A DNA stretch of 59,806 nucleotides, counting the filler, from Fonticula-like sp. SCN 57-25 (Eukaryota): NCBI GenBank assembly GCA_001724245.1. It is 11 parts of 11 records of this genome, joined end to end, with 100 filler letters (N's around TTAATTAATTAA, not from the genome) between each part and the next. Parts side by side here need not be neighbours in the genome. Positions count along the whole stretch, not along the records: positions 54,666 to 59,806 come from MEDX01000615.1; 10 more parts are not named here. One strand, written 5' to 3'. The notes beneath the pieces were generated by a model. It had not been told where the DNA came from and did not search any database. It saw nothing but the letters and a program-made list of their open reading frames with translations. The translations under genes were made by a program, and so were the position numbers. Below are positions 57,639-59,806 of the stretch, piece by piece (positions within the stretch are counted from its first letter, which is position 1; the number at the start of each line of letters is the position of its first letter).

Positions 57639-59806
57639 ATGAGGGGATCCCACAAAAGCGCGGGGCACTTGCCACATACGGTGGTTCTCCTGGCGCTGTT
57701 GGCGGTCGGTACGTAGCGAATTACTTGAATAATATCAGGATTTTGACCACTCGCCTTTTTGCAGCGGCCACACAAACCAATCTAGTGAGGCTGAAAGATG
57801 GCGTAATCGTTCATACTGATATGTTTCCGTACAACCAACAAAATGGAACCATTCCTTATGGTACGTTCAATTTCTCCCTACGTCGCCATAAAACGAGCTG
57901 AAGTGTGTTCTGACTATTTTCGTGGTAGTCATCCCCGCTTCATATAATTGGGGCGCCGGGACTCCAGACCTATTTCCACGATCCACCAATTATATGCACT
58001 TTGACATTTCCTCGTTTGCTGTACGCGGCATGGCTGTACCTTGCGTTTTGCTGATTTTTGACAGCCCACTCCTGCCAGATTTTGCGCCACCGGGACCCCA
58101 AAATTTCACCTCCACTCGTACGTCGTGCCCAACAACCTCCCAACTGAATGTGGTGGTAATATAAACGATACGAGGATCCCCGATGGCATCGTGACGGATG
58201 TCCCGGCGACTGAATGGTGCGAACAGATCATTGTCAGCAGAGTCTAACTCGGGGATGCCATCTTGTAGGACATGGCAAGATATTCAGTTTCCCGGCCCGC
58301 CCTTGACTAGCAATCTGGGAGGCCGCGCCATTGCAGCAGCCTACACCTCAACATCCGGTCTGTACGACATCGCTGCCCACTAATTTTTAACTTCAACTGA
58401 CCATTCACCAATATTAGGTGGAACTACGTTCCCATTACCGCAACAATGCTTAATGCTGCCGTCCGCCAGAGCACGACGAACGTATGCCAAACGCTCCACC
58501 AACATTTTGTGCTAATCGTTTGTCACAGATGTCCCTGCGCCACCATATTTTTAATGATGTGCTTATTTGCTTCATGTCGGGATTTTCTGGCATATCTGTT
58601 GCTCCCTATGTCACCTTTGACTACAATACCTGCGACGAGAACGCGCAATGCATCGAAAACACCTGCATCTGCAACCCTCCCTATCTCGGAACCGGAACAA
58701 TCTGTTCGAGTACGTGAACGTGCCAATGGCAATAGTAGATGACTTATAACGATTGTAATTTCAGCTCCTACGTGCCCTGCTGCATTTATAGGCAATGCAA
58801 ACTTTCCCGTCACCAACAGCGGCGATACTGCAACTGGCGTCTGCGCGACCACCTATGCCGGCGCCCCAACCTCAAAGTGCACGATTTCATCATGGGGAGC
58901 TCTTGGAGGCACGGCGTGTACAAGTACGCTGCCAATCTGTTCTCAAATGTCACATTTCTGACCATTGCATCGCAGAGCTGCAATGCCCCACGAGCACGGA
59001 CAATGTCGGTGGCGCAACATTCTTGCCCGCTAATGCGGGGACAACGGGCACGGGCTATTGTATCTTGGGCTGGACCGGCTCCGCGACGCGCGCCTGCAAC
59101 GACAACGGGCAATGGGCGGCCACCGCGACCACATCGTGCACCAGGATCTCGTGCGCGGCTACTACAAAGGAGAACGCTGCTTTCCCGCAGACCGAGAGCT
59201 TGACGACGGCGACGGGTTCCTGTGTTGACGGCTACACGGGAACCCCACAGGCAACGTGCTTGGCGTCGGGCACATGGGGCAACGTCGCGCCTGGCTGCGC
59301 CCTCAAAGTCTGCGCGCAGCTGGCGGACGACGTCAACAATGTTGTGTGGCCTGCCACGAACGCCTTTGCCACCGCGACTGTGACCTGCTCGAGCGGGTAC
59401 GTCGGCTCTCCGTCGCGCCAGTGCTTGTCGTCTGGCTCGTTTGGAGAGGTGACCGGGAGCTGCGTGCAGCTCAAGTGCGCCGCGGGCAGCTTCGAGAATG
59501 CAAACTGGGGCCTGACGAATGCAGGCGCAACGGCCACAGGCTGGTGCGTGTCTGGTTACTCGGGTGCCCCAAAGCGCGACTGCCTCATTACGGGCGAATG
59601 GTCTTTGACCGTGGGTGCTCCGCTGTGCACCCGCAACCTGTGCCCCGCCGAAACGTCCAACAACACCGTGTGGCCCGGCAACACGCTGCGGTGGGCACCT
59701 GTCAGCCTGGATTTGGCGGCTCGCCTTCCCGCGAGTGCCCGGCAGCCGGTGAGTGGGGTGCCATCTCGAACCCTTGCGCTCAGATTTACTGCCCGGCGAC
59801 ACAATT
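57639..59806 (+). CDS. Secreted/cell-surface protein: signal peptide, EGF-like module, tandem ~54-aa Cys-rich (Sushi/HRM-like) repeats; 3' partial
   Basis: Signal-like TVVLLALLAV; many short introns; CDENAQCIENTCICNPPYLGTGTIC; repeats C...WP.T.A..TA.G.C..GY.G.P.R.C...G.W......C from ~58975 onward. Missed by the ORF track. Exon structure approximate. Confidence 0.75.

Overview
This is not one locus. It is 11 short (~5.1-5.9 kb) eukaryotic contigs joined by artificial N44-TTAATTAATTAA-N44 spacers, so adjacency across spacers is meaningless. Most contigs are GC-rich and gene-dense, with short GT(A/G)CG...CT(A/G)AC...AG introns. The gene content (Jun-like bZIP, SH2 domain, DCAF10, Cwc2, Smaug/ZCCHC14-like) suggests a unicellular opisthokont, possibly a holozoan (inference). 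Contig 7 (33058-38248) looks compositionally different and may come from another organism. Recognisable housekeeping genes: BAH-domain protein, ATP synthase d, class I HDAC, UBR1/2, SIN3, POLD3, CWC2, TIM13, NAA50, delta-9 desaturase, CIAO2B, DCTN4, SLC25A11, V-ATPase c, eIF3k, DCAF10, PSMA4, POLR1C. Highlights: (1) contig 4 holds a ~4.3 kb intron-free cassette with a divergent HNH-like nuclease gene and a LOTUS/OST-HTH + HerA/FtsK-like ATPase gene, bounded by inverted telomere-like ends (TTTAAACCCTAA...TTAGGGTTTAAA); it abuts the 3' end of an L1/Tx1-type retrotransposon that ends at a telomeric hexamer, with a similar mirror-image end on the other side; (2) a spliced gene for a 3xLIM-SH2-phospholipase C fusion; (3) a non-coding snoRNA host gene carrying a SNORD61/U61 homolog; (4) a minimal bZIP with the Jun-type HVxSGC tail. 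All family calls come from motif recognition by eye; no searches were run.
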